Source: Promethearchaeota archaeon | GTDB lineage: Archaea > Asgardarchaeota > Lokiarchaeia > Sigyniarchaeales > SOKP01 | Length of the DNA stretch: 64,000 nucleotides | Direction: 5' to 3' | Assembly (NCBI GenBank): GCA_019894975.1 | Contig: JAGXNO010000006.1 | Coordinates: 39,051-103,050, forward strand | Part shown: positions 1-9,427 of the stretch, piece by piece | How positions within the stretch are numbered: the first letter of the stretch is position 1 | How the letters are laid out: every line of letters starts with the position of its first letter | Notes under the pieces: model-generated | What the model was told of the DNA's origin: nothing | The model's database searches: none | What the model saw: the letters and a program-made list of their open reading frames with translations, nothing else | Translations under genes and position numbers: made by a program

Positions 1-437
1 TCTTGAATCGTCCCTCCCTCTAAGCTATTTCGTTTGGGAAATTTTTTATCTTCAATAATAACCATCGAAACACCCATATCTTCTAAAGCACGAATGAAAT
101 ATTCGAAATTCGCAGCTTCTCCGCCAGTATCTCCATCAATTATTATTGGTTTGTTTGAACCATTTAAAATTTGTCTAACAGTTTCGTATCTTGATTCCAA
201 TCCAATTAATCCAATATCGGGATATCCCTTAGCAGCACTATCAGTAAAACTACTAATCCAAAAACCGTCGAATTCAAGAATTTCATCTTGATGATGTTCT
301 CTTATGTTGTTTGCTATTATTGCACTAAGCCCGTTGTGTACTTCTAAGATTTTAACAATCTTTTTGTTGTGAAGTAATTCCTTCAACATTCTTCTTCTTA
401 CATGAGGAAGTTTACTGTTTTGTTTTTTGAATTCCAT
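1..437 (-). CDS. pepM: Phosphoenolpyruvate mutase (5' part; runs off left edge; absent from ORF track)
   Basis: Manual translation from ATG at 437: MEFKKQNSKLPHVRRRMLKELLHNKKIVKILEVHNGLSAII...FDGFWISSFTDSAAKGYPDI...KPIIIDGDTGG...GVSMVIIEDKKFPKRNSLEGGTIQ. It has the ICL/PEPM-family DGDTG motif and the PepM-diagnostic EDK-x5-NS motif (nt 53..24). Confidence 0.93.
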   Translation of the reverse strand, partial: MEFKKQNSKLPHVRRRMLKELLHNKKIVKILEVHNGLSAIIANNIREHHQDEILEFDGFWISSFTDSAAKGYPDIGLIGLESRYETVRQILNGSNKPIIIDGDTGGEAANFEYFIRALEDMGVSMVIIEDKKFPKRNSLEGGTIQ

Positions 438-603
438 TTTTATCACTTAGACATTCAGTTAGAATAAAATTTTGAAAAATTCTGGTTTAGGGAATGGTTA
501 GAATACCTAAATACATAAATATTAAAAAATTAATTAGTTTTTACATTTAGATTGATGTTTTGAATAAAAATAATAGGAAAAAAAAGATTAGTCTATAATA
601 TAT

Positions 604-1917
604 TTATAAATACTCTTTTCTCTCGGGCAAACTCTTCCAGTCTAATAATAAAACTAAACCACCTATTAGTGCTATTATTACCCAAAGTAAAAAAGCAGCC
701 CATGATCCCGCTGTGTCAATAAGGGCTCCTGAGGTAAAAGTAGTAATAGCAGCTCCAATATATCCCCATCCATCGATAAATCCCGTAGCAGCGGAGGCTG
801 CCTTCCGTGTAGCAAATTCCATAGGTATTGTAGAAACTAAAAGTGCATGCGGTGCAAAATTCAAAATCCCAATTAAAATCAATACAGGAATTCCAAAAAC
901 CAAATCAAGAGGGGGAAGTACTGTATAAATTAATAATACTAAGGATAGCAATATAAAAAAAGCGCATATTACAGGGATTCTTCTTTTTCCAGCAAATTTA
1001 TCAGAAATCCACGCACCTAGAAGAACTCCAATCAGACCCCCCAAGGGGTAGAAAATAGATTTCCAAACACCAAAAATACTCGTACCAGTTACTTCAGGAC
1101 TGAGTAGATATGGAAGCCAGTCTGTTAATCCATATCTTACCATATTCAAACAAAATAAACCAAAAGAAGCAAATAGAACAGTTTTGGTAAATAGAACTGT
1201 TTTAACAGTGTACTTAAAACCAACAAATTCATCGTCACGACATTCACCCATTACCATTTGACCTTCACATTCTTCTTCGATAGTTGGTAAACCAACCTCT
1301 TCAGGAGCATTTCTACAGCGTGCATAAAAATGTATCGCCAAAATCAACATGATAATTCCTGGAACTATAAATGAGAATCGCCAATTTAAACTAAGTGACT
1401 TAGTAATAACTATTGCAATTATCCAGGATACAACACCCCCCAGTAAATATGATGTAGCAAGTCTACTTGACCATTTCCCTCTGTCTTCTGCCGGGTACCA
1501 ATTAGCGATAGTTTTCACAGAAGGTGCCCATCCCATTGACTGAAAATATCCATTTAAACCCCAAAACAAGAATGCTACCCATATTAAATCAAATGCAGTT
1601 CCCATAAACAAATTGATGACTGAAGATACTATTAATCCTATTGCTATGAAACGCCTAGCTCCTATTTTATCACCTAAAAACCCATTAACAAATTGTCCAA
1701 AAGCATATGCCAGGAAAAATGTTGTCCCTACTAATCCCATTACAGTAGCTGAAATCCCATATTCAGACATAATAAATGGTTTCGCAATTGAAATATTAGT
1801 ACGGCCAATATAGTAAATCATGTAAGTAATCCAAACTGTGAAAAATATTCGCATTCTCCAGGATTTAAACTGAGATTTTACCTCGGCTTCACTTTTAGTA
1901 TTTAAATTTTCATTCAT
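604..1917 (-). CDS. MFS transporter, organophosphate:Pi antiporter (GlpT/UhpT/PgtP-like) family
   Basis: About 12 hydrophobic segments; N-terminal YYIGRTNISIAKP resembles GlpT helix 1; GFLGDKIGARR motif A; NGYFQSMGWAP; NWYPAEDRG. Confidence 0.85.
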   Translation of the reverse strand: MNENLNTKSEAEVKSQFKSWRMRIFFTVWITYMIYYIGRTNISIAKPFIMSEYGISATVMGLVGTTFFLAYAFGQFVNGFLGDKIGARRFIAIGLIVSSVINLFMGTAFDLIWVAFLFWGLNGYFQSMGWAPSVKTIANWYPAEDRGKWSSRLATSYLLGGVVSWIIAIVITKSLSLNWRFSFIVPGIIMLILAIHFYARCRNAPEEVGLPTIEEECEGQMVMGECRDDEFVGFKYTVKTVLFTKTVLFASFGLFCLNMVRYGLTDWLPYLLSPEVTGTSIFGVWKSIFYPLGGLIGVLLGAWISDKFAGKRRIPVICAFFILLSLVLLIYTVLPPLDLVFGIPVLILIGILNFAPHALLVSTIPMEFATRKAASAATGFIDGWGYIGAAITTFTSGALIDTAGSWAAFLLWVIIALIGGLVLLLDWKSLPERKEYL

Positions 1918-1945
1918 TTTCTTTACTCATATTTATATTTGTTAT

Positions 1946-2869
1946 CTATATTTTGCCATCTTTTATTAATTGTTGAGCATATTCAAAATCTTCGTCTGTA
2001 TCCATTTCCACCCATTCTCCTTTTATGTCTACTGAATACATTGGATAACCTCTGATAATAAGTTCCTCAAGCATATCTGTTAAATATGCCTTTTGTATTG
2101 AGGTAGCATCATGGAATCGTCCCTCAAACTTGCATGTCTTATTATATTTCGCACGATTATAATTGCGCATCAATATTTCTGCTCCTTTTTTTGAAAATTT
2201 CCCGAGACCGATGAATTCTCCATGACCAACATCAGGATTATAAAATTTTGATAGATGAATGATCTTACCATCTTCTACAATTGCTAACTCAGCTTCATCT
2301 GTAGGATGTTTTGTTCTTCCTTCATATCTTTTCCTCCAATCAGTATCTACGATAAAACTAAAATCGTAAGGTGAATCCATTAGCTTTTTAACAACATTAT
2401 CACTGTACAAAATATCTGAATATGTGAAAATAAAACCATCTTTCATTGCCTCCTCAGCGTAAAATAAAGATTCTAGAATATTATTATTATAATAATCATC
2501 ATTATCATAGTAGGCAATATTAGGTAAGTCAATTTTATCTTTTTGAAATCCTCGAACAATAGCAAAATCATCTATACCATTTTGACGAAAAACATCCATT
2601 GTCCGTTCAAGGATGCTTTTACCTTCAATTTCTAATAAACACTTTGGCTTATATTCCGTTAGAGGTCTTAATCTTGTACTCGGACCTGCAGCTATTATGA
2701 TTACTTTCATTTCTCTTACTTCCTTTTTTGTTTCATATCGTCTTACAATTCGCTCTAAAAGCGAAATATGTTCATTAAATTTTTCAGATGTTTTTTTATA
2801 TCCGATTTCTTTGACACTATCATAAACTTTCTTAATTTCTTCAAGATCAGAATATTTTTGTTTCGGCAT
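1946..2869 (-). CDS. LicC/PntC-type (phosphocholine/phosphonate) cytidylyltransferase with N-terminal HTH-like extension
   Basis: IIAAGPSTRLRPLTEYKPKCLLEI nucleotidyltransferase motif from residue ~54, YSDILY, GEFIGL, WVEMDTDED; preceded by a ~53-aa helical extension. Confidence 0.8.
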   Translation of the reverse strand: MPKQKYSDLEEIKKVYDSVKEIGYKKTSEKFNEHISLLERIVRRYETKKEVREMKVIIIAAGPSTRLRPLTEYKPKCLLEIEGKSILERTMDVFRQNGIDDFAIVRGFQKDKIDLPNIAYYDNDDYYNNNILESLFYAEEAMKDGFIFTYSDILYSDNVVKKLMDSPYDFSFIVDTDWRKRYEGRTKHPTDEAELAIVEDGKIIHLSKFYNPDVGHGEFIGLGKFSKKGAEILMRNYNRAKYNKTCKFEGRFHDATSIQKAYLTDMLEELIIRGYPMYSVDIKGEWVEMDTDEDFEYAQQLIKDGKI

Positions 2870-3148
2870 ATAATTATCTGAATGGTTTAATAACTTTACA
2901 AGTGCATTTACCTATAAAAACTTTTAGGAATTTTATCTTCAAAAGATTTTTTGGTTATATAGAAAACTATGAAATCTTATATAGGTAAATGGATTAGATT
3001 TTCATTTATTTATTAGGTATTCAAATCATTCTTTCCCTAACTTTAAATATCTTTTCTTTCTTATTCATTATTTTATAAGAACTCTTAGGAGTGTCAAAAG
3101 AAATATTTTATAATTCAATAAGTTTTTCAGGAGAAAAACAAGTATTAG

Positions 3149-4654
3149 TTATTTGTAATATTTTCTTAAATGTTTGTTAAAATACAGAGGAAAGTATAAT
3201 ATCCAAACAACTATTTCTTTCCATCTTTGGATCAATTGTCCTCTTCTTGCAATTATTGATCTTAATACAAATTTAACAAAACCAGTTTTGTTTTTCTGGT
3301 CTGACACATCATTTAATTTTGTATCCAGAAAAATAAAACGCTTTGTATATTTTCTATTCTTCTTTATTAATTTTTTTAGACCAAATCCCGTTAATCGATT
3401 ATAAAAAAGTATTGTAATGAATTCCTGGTCTTTCAATAATCCTTGGGATCTTAAATCTTCTTTTCTTATTATTTGGTTATCTTTCTTAAGATGATCCCTA
3501 AGAAATCTCACTAATTGGGGCGGAAATTGATCAGGTATTAAAATTTTTTCGGATTTTAAGGATACTAACGTACTCTGTTGATAGAGAGTACTTAAGATTG
3601 ATCCAAAATAACTATAAGCTTCAATCTCAGACTGGAGATAAAACTGATGCAAATCATTATATATCTCAGGATGCTTCTGACTTACGTCTTTTTTTTCCAA
3701 ATGATCTTCCTTTAAGTCAAATAACGAGAACTTCCCATTATCATTTAGTAATTTCCATCGATCTTCTATTATCATCGTTTTTTTAATTGATTGAAACATT
3801 AAATAACAATCTCCTCGAATTTTCCTATTTATATTGACATTAATATTATCTTCAATCAATTTCTTAAAAGATGTGGATTCTCTTTTATACGTGGGTTTAA
3901 AATCTAGATAATCAAGAATTGTCTCCATAAGATCCAAGAGGTATACGCGTTCTGTGAATACCTTTGGTTTAGATTTAGTAATGCTTTTAGGTAGCTTCAT
4001 AAATAATGCTGGTTGCATAGAGGACTGATGAATATCATCGAAATGCAGCAACTTCGCCTTTTTGTATAAATTCTTATCATAATATCCATGATCAGAATTA
4101 AGGATGAAAATTGAATCTTCCCAAAATTCATTTTCCTTCAAATAGCTTATAATTTTATTGATGTATAAATTCGCTTTAGGATCACTAGGTCTAAAGAATA
4201 AAAAAACAAGATTTTTCTGATTAGGTAAAATTTCTTGGGCAACTTGCATAAAAAGTTCATAAATTTCCTTACCATCTAACCAATGATCTCCTTGGTATAA
4301 TTCCTCCACAAAATATGGAGGTAAAATCTCTTTGGTAATTTCTACCTGTTCTCTTCCGAATATAATTGATTGGATATTGTAATTCTCCCTTTTTAGGGGA
4401 TAAATGAAATTTTCATGTTCTAAACTTGGCAAGTTTTCTAATGTGCGATAATAATCAGGAAAAATATAATAAGGAAATCTGCCCGTTAAAAAGGAAATAA
4501 GAGATAAGTTAGTAGAAGGAAATTGAGAAATACAATCTTCGAAATAAAATCCTTCATTATCATTTTTTAAAGTCTTATATACAGGAAGTAAACTATGTAA
4601 ATCTGGTCGTTCATAATTACATATTGAGTCAGTTACAATCCAGAAAATATTCAT
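3149..4654 (-). CDS. Alkaline phosphatase/sulfatase-superfamily protein with extra C-terminal domain
   Basis: NIFWIVTDS first metal ligand, SQFPSTNLS nucleophile region (no CxPxR), NSDHG, LFDLKEDHLEKKDV. Confidence 0.75.
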   Translation of the reverse strand: MNIFWIVTDSICNYERPDLHSLLPVYKTLKNDNEGFYFEDCISQFPSTNLSLISFLTGRFPYYIFPDYYRTLENLPSLEHENFIYPLKRENYNIQSIIFGREQVEITKEILPPYFVEELYQGDHWLDGKEIYELFMQVAQEILPNQKNLVFLFFRPSDPKANLYINKIISYLKENEFWEDSIFILNSDHGYYDKNLYKKAKLLHFDDIHQSSMQPALFMKLPKSITKSKPKVFTERVYLLDLMETILDYLDFKPTYKRESTSFKKLIEDNINVNINRKIRGDCYLMFQSIKKTMIIEDRWKLLNDNGKFSLFDLKEDHLEKKDVSQKHPEIYNDLHQFYLQSEIEAYSYFGSILSTLYQQSTLVSLKSEKILIPDQFPPQLVRFLRDHLKKDNQIIRKEDLRSQGLLKDQEFITILFYNRLTGFGLKKLIKKNRKYTKRFIFLDTKLNDVSDQKNKTGFVKFVLRSIIARRGQLIQRWKEIVVWILYFPLYFNKHLRKYYK

Positions 4655-4843
4655 TATCCCACCGGGCTACGTAATACTGTTTTTACCTAATTCAAACAAA
4701 ATGTATTTAATTATGAAATGTGTAAAAGAAAATTGTTAAAAAGATAAAAAGTTAATGTCGTAATTACAATTGAAGAGCTTTACAAGATTATAGCCAATTC
4801 GTGCTAGGAGAATTAATCTCCGTAAAAAGTGAGTTAAGATTTT

Positions 4844-5947
4844 TTATTTTATCACACATTTTTTATATATATCTAAAACTGTCAATGCACTTTCTTCCCA
4901 GGAGTACAACTTTATTCTTTCTAATCCTTTTTTAATTAGAGTCTTTCGTAGTACTTCATCACTTAGTAATTGAATAATTTTATCTGCTAATTCAGTGGGA
5001 TCTGAATTGTCTTTTAGGATCAATGCTGAATCACCAACTATTTCAGGAATTGCAAAAGCCTTTGATGTAATTACGGGGCACCCACATGCCATTGCTTCTA
5101 AATTTGGCATTCCAAAACCTTCAAAAAAGGATGGAAATAAAAACATCTCTGCATTATTCAAAAGGTTAATAACATCATTAACAGGTAAAAAACCTGTGAA
5201 AATAATATTATCGAGGATTTTTTCATTCTTAGCAAATTGTAATACTCGACTGTTTTTCCAACCTTTTCCTCCTAGAACTAACATTAAATCTTTTTTTTCT
5301 CTATTTATTATAGAAAATGCTTTTAAAATTGTCCAAGGATTTTTTCTTTCAGAAAATTTGCTTAAATGAAAAATGAAATGAGAATCAATGCCATATTTTT
5401 CATTTATCTTTTCAGATTTCTTTTCATAAACTCTAAAATCTTTATCCACAGCACTATGTGTAAAGAAGACCCTATTCTCTCTTACCCCATACTGATAAGT
5501 TACAAAATTTTTACCTGCGTTAGATCCTGAAAAAATATAATCCATCTTTCTAAAATAAACAGGCTTAATCAATTTCGAATGGATTCTTTTTAATTTATTG
5601 AATTGGTCTGGAAAGTAAAGTTCTGCTGCACCACCTCCATGAACAGTGGTTAGTTTCTTAGGTTTTTTTAACCATACGGGAGAAAGAATAGTTAAAGGGT
5701 AATAGTGAAGAATATCAAAATTTTCTTTTTTAAGTTTGAAATGTGCGAGTAATGGATTCTTTGGGATTATTAATTCTGTAGTTTTTTCATAAATTTCATG
5801 ATCATTTTTGGAATAATGAATCAGAACGATATTAAAATTTTTATTAAGTTTTAAGATATGAGATACGAGTTGTCTTAAATGAGACCCACTTCCACTAGTC
5901 CCTTGATCTATAGGTCTTGTAAATATTCCGATTTTTGGTTTACTCAT
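4844..5947 (-). CDS. Glycosyltransferase family 4
   Basis: FPSFFEGFGMPNLEAMACGCPVI (EX7E), ERKN. Confidence 0.92.
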   Translation of the reverse strand: MSKPKIGIFTRPIDQGTSGSGSHLRQLVSHILKLNKNFNIVLIHYSKNDHEIYEKTTELIIPKNPLLAHFKLKKENFDILHYYPLTILSPVWLKKPKKLTTVHGGGAAELYFPDQFNKLKRIHSKLIKPVYFRKMDYIFSGSNAGKNFVTYQYGVRENRVFFTHSAVDKDFRVYEKKSEKINEKYGIDSHFIFHLSKFSERKNPWTILKAFSIINREKKDLMLVLGGKGWKNSRVLQFAKNEKILDNIIFTGFLPVNDVINLLNNAEMFLFPSFFEGFGMPNLEAMACGCPVITSKAFAIPEIVGDSALILKDNSDPTELADKIIQLLSDEVLRKTLIKKGLERIKLYSWEESALTVLDIYKKCVIK

Positions 5948-5975
5948 AGTTTTATCAAATCTACAAAAATTAGTT

Positions 5976-6785
5976 CTAATTTACAATCGATTGATGAATT
6001 TTGATGACATCCTTTTCAATATTTTTTGCTTTGATTACCATGAATGTGATAAATACACCTCCCATGAAAATTACATAAACGATCATAATTGCTTCTAAAA
6101 TCCAGAATAACGTGAAATATATATACAACAACCAACCAATAAAGAAAATAGATGTGATCATATGAGTATGACTAAAAGCGTTTGTAAGATTTATAAAGAT
6201 AGCTTTGATGAGTTTCATCAGGCTCTTTTTAGAGGCTTTTTGTTCTTTTAACTCACCTTCTACTTCTATATTTTTATTTATGCTGCTTTTAGCGGAAGCA
6301 ACAGTGGCTATCTTACGAACTCTCCTTATCCCGATTAAAAAAAACGTTGCTATAATCCCAAAGAAGATATATAAAAATTCCGAATTGATTTTAAAGATGG
6401 AAAACCCAAATGTGAAAAAAAACCAACTTTGGAAAAATAAATGTCCAATTTCATCATAGTATATTCCCCTAAGTGATGTTTTTTTTTTATATCGAGCAAC
6501 TTCACCGTCAACTTCATCAGAAATATAGTAAACATATAGTAGGATAAATCCAATTATTATGAACAAATTATTACCAATCCCAATAAAAATTAAGCCTAAT
6601 AAACCTATTATAGAACCGGAAATTGTTATAAAATTTGCAGAAATTCGGGTTTTTACCAAGATCCATGTTATATATTTTGAGATAAAAGTAAAGATTGCAT
6701 GCCACCAATCTCTTTTAATCTTTCGTTTCTCAAGTTTGCTGCCTTGAATTATCTGTTTGAATTCTTTAAAACTTTCTGATGTCAT
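5976..6785 (-). CDS. CDP-alcohol phosphotransferase family membrane protein
   Basis: SANFIT plus DEVDGEVARYKKKTSLRGIYYDEIGH (DxxDGxxAR...GxxxD; fourth Asp is His); multiple TM helices. Confidence 0.85.
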   Translation of the reverse strand: MTSESFKEFKQIIQGSKLEKRKIKRDWWHAIFTFISKYITWILVKTRISANFITISGSIIGLLGLIFIGIGNNLFIIIGFILLYVYYISDEVDGEVARYKKKTSLRGIYYDEIGHLFFQSWFFFTFGFSIFKINSEFLYIFFGIIATFFLIGIRRVRKIATVASAKSSINKNIEVEGELKEQKASKKSLMKLIKAIFINLTNAFSHTHMITSIFFIGWLLYIYFTLFWILEAIMIVYVIFMGGVFITFMVIKAKNIEKDVIKIHQSIVN

Positions 6786-6939
6786 TATTTATCTCTTTTT
6801 AATTTTATACTTGTTATAATGGGAAATTATATGAAAAATTATTGGTTTTTTAAATTCTTCAAATAATAAATTTAATTTGAGATTCATTATTTTGTATTTT
6901 TAAAAAATACAAATTTAAGAGAAAATTCACGTCGATCCT

Positions 6940-8592
6940 ATGGAACCTGAGCAACGAGAGAAATTACCGTTAGAGCGTAATACAGAATATAAAAATTTGG
7001 CCACGAACACGTTTTATTCATTTTTAATAAATTATGGGTCCCATTTTTTTACGCTTGTCTACTCATTTCTTTTAGCGAGATTAATAACAGATGAATCATG
7101 GGATTTCTTAATTCTGGCAACTTCTTATATCACAATTATTGTAATAATAACATCAATATTACCCCCAGGTTTAAACTATGCATTGAATTATTACATTCCA
7201 AGGTATCTAGCCTTAAATCAGAAGTATAAAATAAAATCATTAATCAGAAATTCATTAAAAGCAAAATTATCCTTTTTAATACCTGTTTTTATTATTAGTG
7301 TTATTGCGTTTAATATGTTTCAGGTTCTTTTTGCTATTAATTTAGAAGACAAGATAACACTTTTATATATACTTTCACCCCTTATTATCGTTCATAGTTT
7401 GACAAGAATATTAGAATCTATAAACCGTGGTTTTAGTAGATTTAACTATAATTTTTTATATTTAATTATGAAAAACTTGATACATATTTTACCTCTTATG
7501 ATTTTCTTCATTTTTGATATTAATATTACCGTAGAAGGTATTGCCATCATTGTAATGATTTCTTTTTTAATTCCATTTATTTTTAATTGTATATCTGTTT
7601 CTATATTATATTTAAGGATTAAATCATCTGAAACTAAACAAAACTCATTTAAAAAGGATATTTCGAAGACTTTTAAATACGGAAGTTATATAGGAATTAC
7701 TGATCTAATAAATAGAACTTGGAAAGAAACCCAACTTCAAGGTATTGGGATTTTTGAGTCAGCAGGGGCAGTCACGGGCTATAATATTGCTATTAATTAT
7801 CAAAGTTTATCTTTTTATTCTGTTCAGTCTATTAGTATTCCTCTGTTAACGTCTTTTACGAGTTTAACAACTAAAGAGAATTTTGATAAAGTAAATAAAA
7901 TCTATCGAATTGCTTATAAAATCACTCTCTTCTTATTACTAATTATTACAGGAGCCCTATTTTTTAGTATTGAGTTTTTATTAGACTTTGTCTTTCTAGA
8001 AGACCGCTTAATCTATTCGAACATTCTCAGATTATATCTAATCGCGGGGATCTTTCAGATTTTAGGAGAATTTATGCAAGCGTTTTTAAATGCTCAGCAT
8101 AAAGTGAAAATTACGTTGGGGTTGAAAGTTTTTTATATGTTATATTATATACCATTATTTTTTATTGGGCTTATCTATTTTGGCGTAGAAGGGGCCATAG
8201 TGCTTGGATTACTACTTGGAAATTTTATTTCTTTAGTTATTCAAATCATAGTGACCTATAAAATTGGAAAAATCAAATTAAATCTTCAAAAAATTATAAC
8301 TCAATACCTAATATTTTTCATTTCATTAGCTACAACAATAATCTTAAAATCTTTTATATATAAGGATTTAAGTTTAAGACTCATTGAAGATTTAGGGTTA
8401 ACTCTGTTCAAAAATTTTGATTTTCTGTCTATAGGGTTATTCCTTATACTTTTTATATTGCTAAATTTAGTATTTAACACGGTTAGTGACACCGATATTA
8501 AAAATTTCGAATCACTCTTAAATAAAGAAAGATTTTTAGATAGAGCTTTACAAAAAGGTTTAAATGGACTTAAGAAATTTACAAGAGGTTAG
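6940..8592 (+). CDS. Oligosaccharide flippase (Wzx/MOP superfamily)
   Basis: About 14 TM segments, KNLATNTFYS...LLARL N-terminus, glycan-locus context. Confidence 0.8.
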   Translation: MEPEQREKLPLERNTEYKNLATNTFYSFLINYGSHFFTLVYSFLLARLITDESWDFLILATSYITIIVIITSILPPGLNYALNYYIPRYLALNQKYKIKSLIRNSLKAKLSFLIPVFIISVIAFNMFQVLFAINLEDKITLLYILSPLIIVHSLTRILESINRGFSRFNYNFLYLIMKNLIHILPLMIFFIFDINITVEGIAIIVMISFLIPFIFNCISVSILYLRIKSSETKQNSFKKDISKTFKYGSYIGITDLINRTWKETQLQGIGIFESAGAVTGYNIAINYQSLSFYSVQSISIPLLTSFTSLTTKENFDKVNKIYRIAYKITLFLLLIITGALFFSIEFLLDFVFLEDRLIYSNILRLYLIAGIFQILGEFMQAFLNAQHKVKITLGLKVFYMLYYIPLFFIGLIYFGVEGAIVLGLLLGNFISLVIQIIVTYKIGKIKLNLQKIITQYLIFFISLATTIILKSFIYKDLSLRLIEDLGLTLFKNFDFLSIGLFLILFILLNLVFNTVSDTDIKNFESLLNKERFLDRALQKGLNGLKKFTRG

Positions 8593-8668
8593 AATACTTT
8601 ATAAAATTTGTACAGTTAATTAATTATTAAAAATTTAATAATTCACTCATATTGGGTTAATCAAGAAA

Positions 8669-9394
8669 ATGAACCAGAATATTCTTAGAAGGCTTTTCAG
8701 GATTATCAATAGGTTTAATCCTATAAAGAAATCCCTTCAAAATAAATTTAACTTACCATTTAAATTTGTTAAAAATGAATGGTATGTTAATGAACGCATT
8801 GTAGAAATCCCTTTTGTTTTAAATCACCTAGAACTTGATGGGAAAGGAAGACGCGTTTTAGAATTTGGATGCGCTAGAAGTTATCTAGCCATACAATTAG
8901 CTTCTTTAGGTTATAAAGTCGTCGCAATCGATCTTGAAGATTATAGGTATCGTCACCCAAATTTAAAGTTTCATAAAATAAACATTTTTGATTTTAACGA
9001 TGATATTGGATTTGATTATATTACGGCAGTGTCTATAATAGAACATATTGGTCTTGGAACATATGGGGATAAACCGAGTTTTGATGATATATTTAGAATT
9101 TCAACAAAATTATCAGAATTAGTAAAACCAGAGGGTTTAATTATAATAACTGTTCCCTTTGGGAAAAAATTTGTCAATAATTTTTATAGATCGTTTACTC
9201 ATGATGAAGTAAGATCTCTCTTTAAGGATAAGAATTTAAAATTAGTTGAAGAACAATATTTTCGTAGAAAACAATATAAATATTGGCGAAAGTGCGATTT
9301 AGAAGAAGCTTTATCTATTTCTAATACACCAGAGGACCGGGGGCTGACCGGGATGAATTGTGTGGGGTGTTTTATTTGGAAAAAGATAAGCTAG
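8669..9394 (+). CDS. Class I SAM-dependent methyltransferase (DUF268-like)
   Basis: NERIVEIP, VLEFGCA, SIIEHIGLGTYGD, IITVPFG. Confidence 0.8.
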   Translation: MNQNILRRLFRIINRFNPIKKSLQNKFNLPFKFVKNEWYVNERIVEIPFVLNHLELDGKGRRVLEFGCARSYLAIQLASLGYKVVAIDLEDYRYRHPNLKFHKINIFDFNDDIGFDYITAVSIIEHIGLGTYGDKPSFDDIFRISTKLSELVKPEGLIIITVPFGKKFVNNFYRSFTHDEVRSLFKDKNLKLVEEQYFRRKQYKYWRKCDLEEALSISNTPEDRGLTGMNCVGCFIWKKIS

Positions 9395-9427
9395 AATCAA
9401 AAAAATTACGATTTTTTAATTAATTTG

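Noticed and set aside
34-291. 85-aa plus-strand ORF
   Set aside because: Antisense shadow of pepM, which occupies the minus strand with diagnostic motifs.
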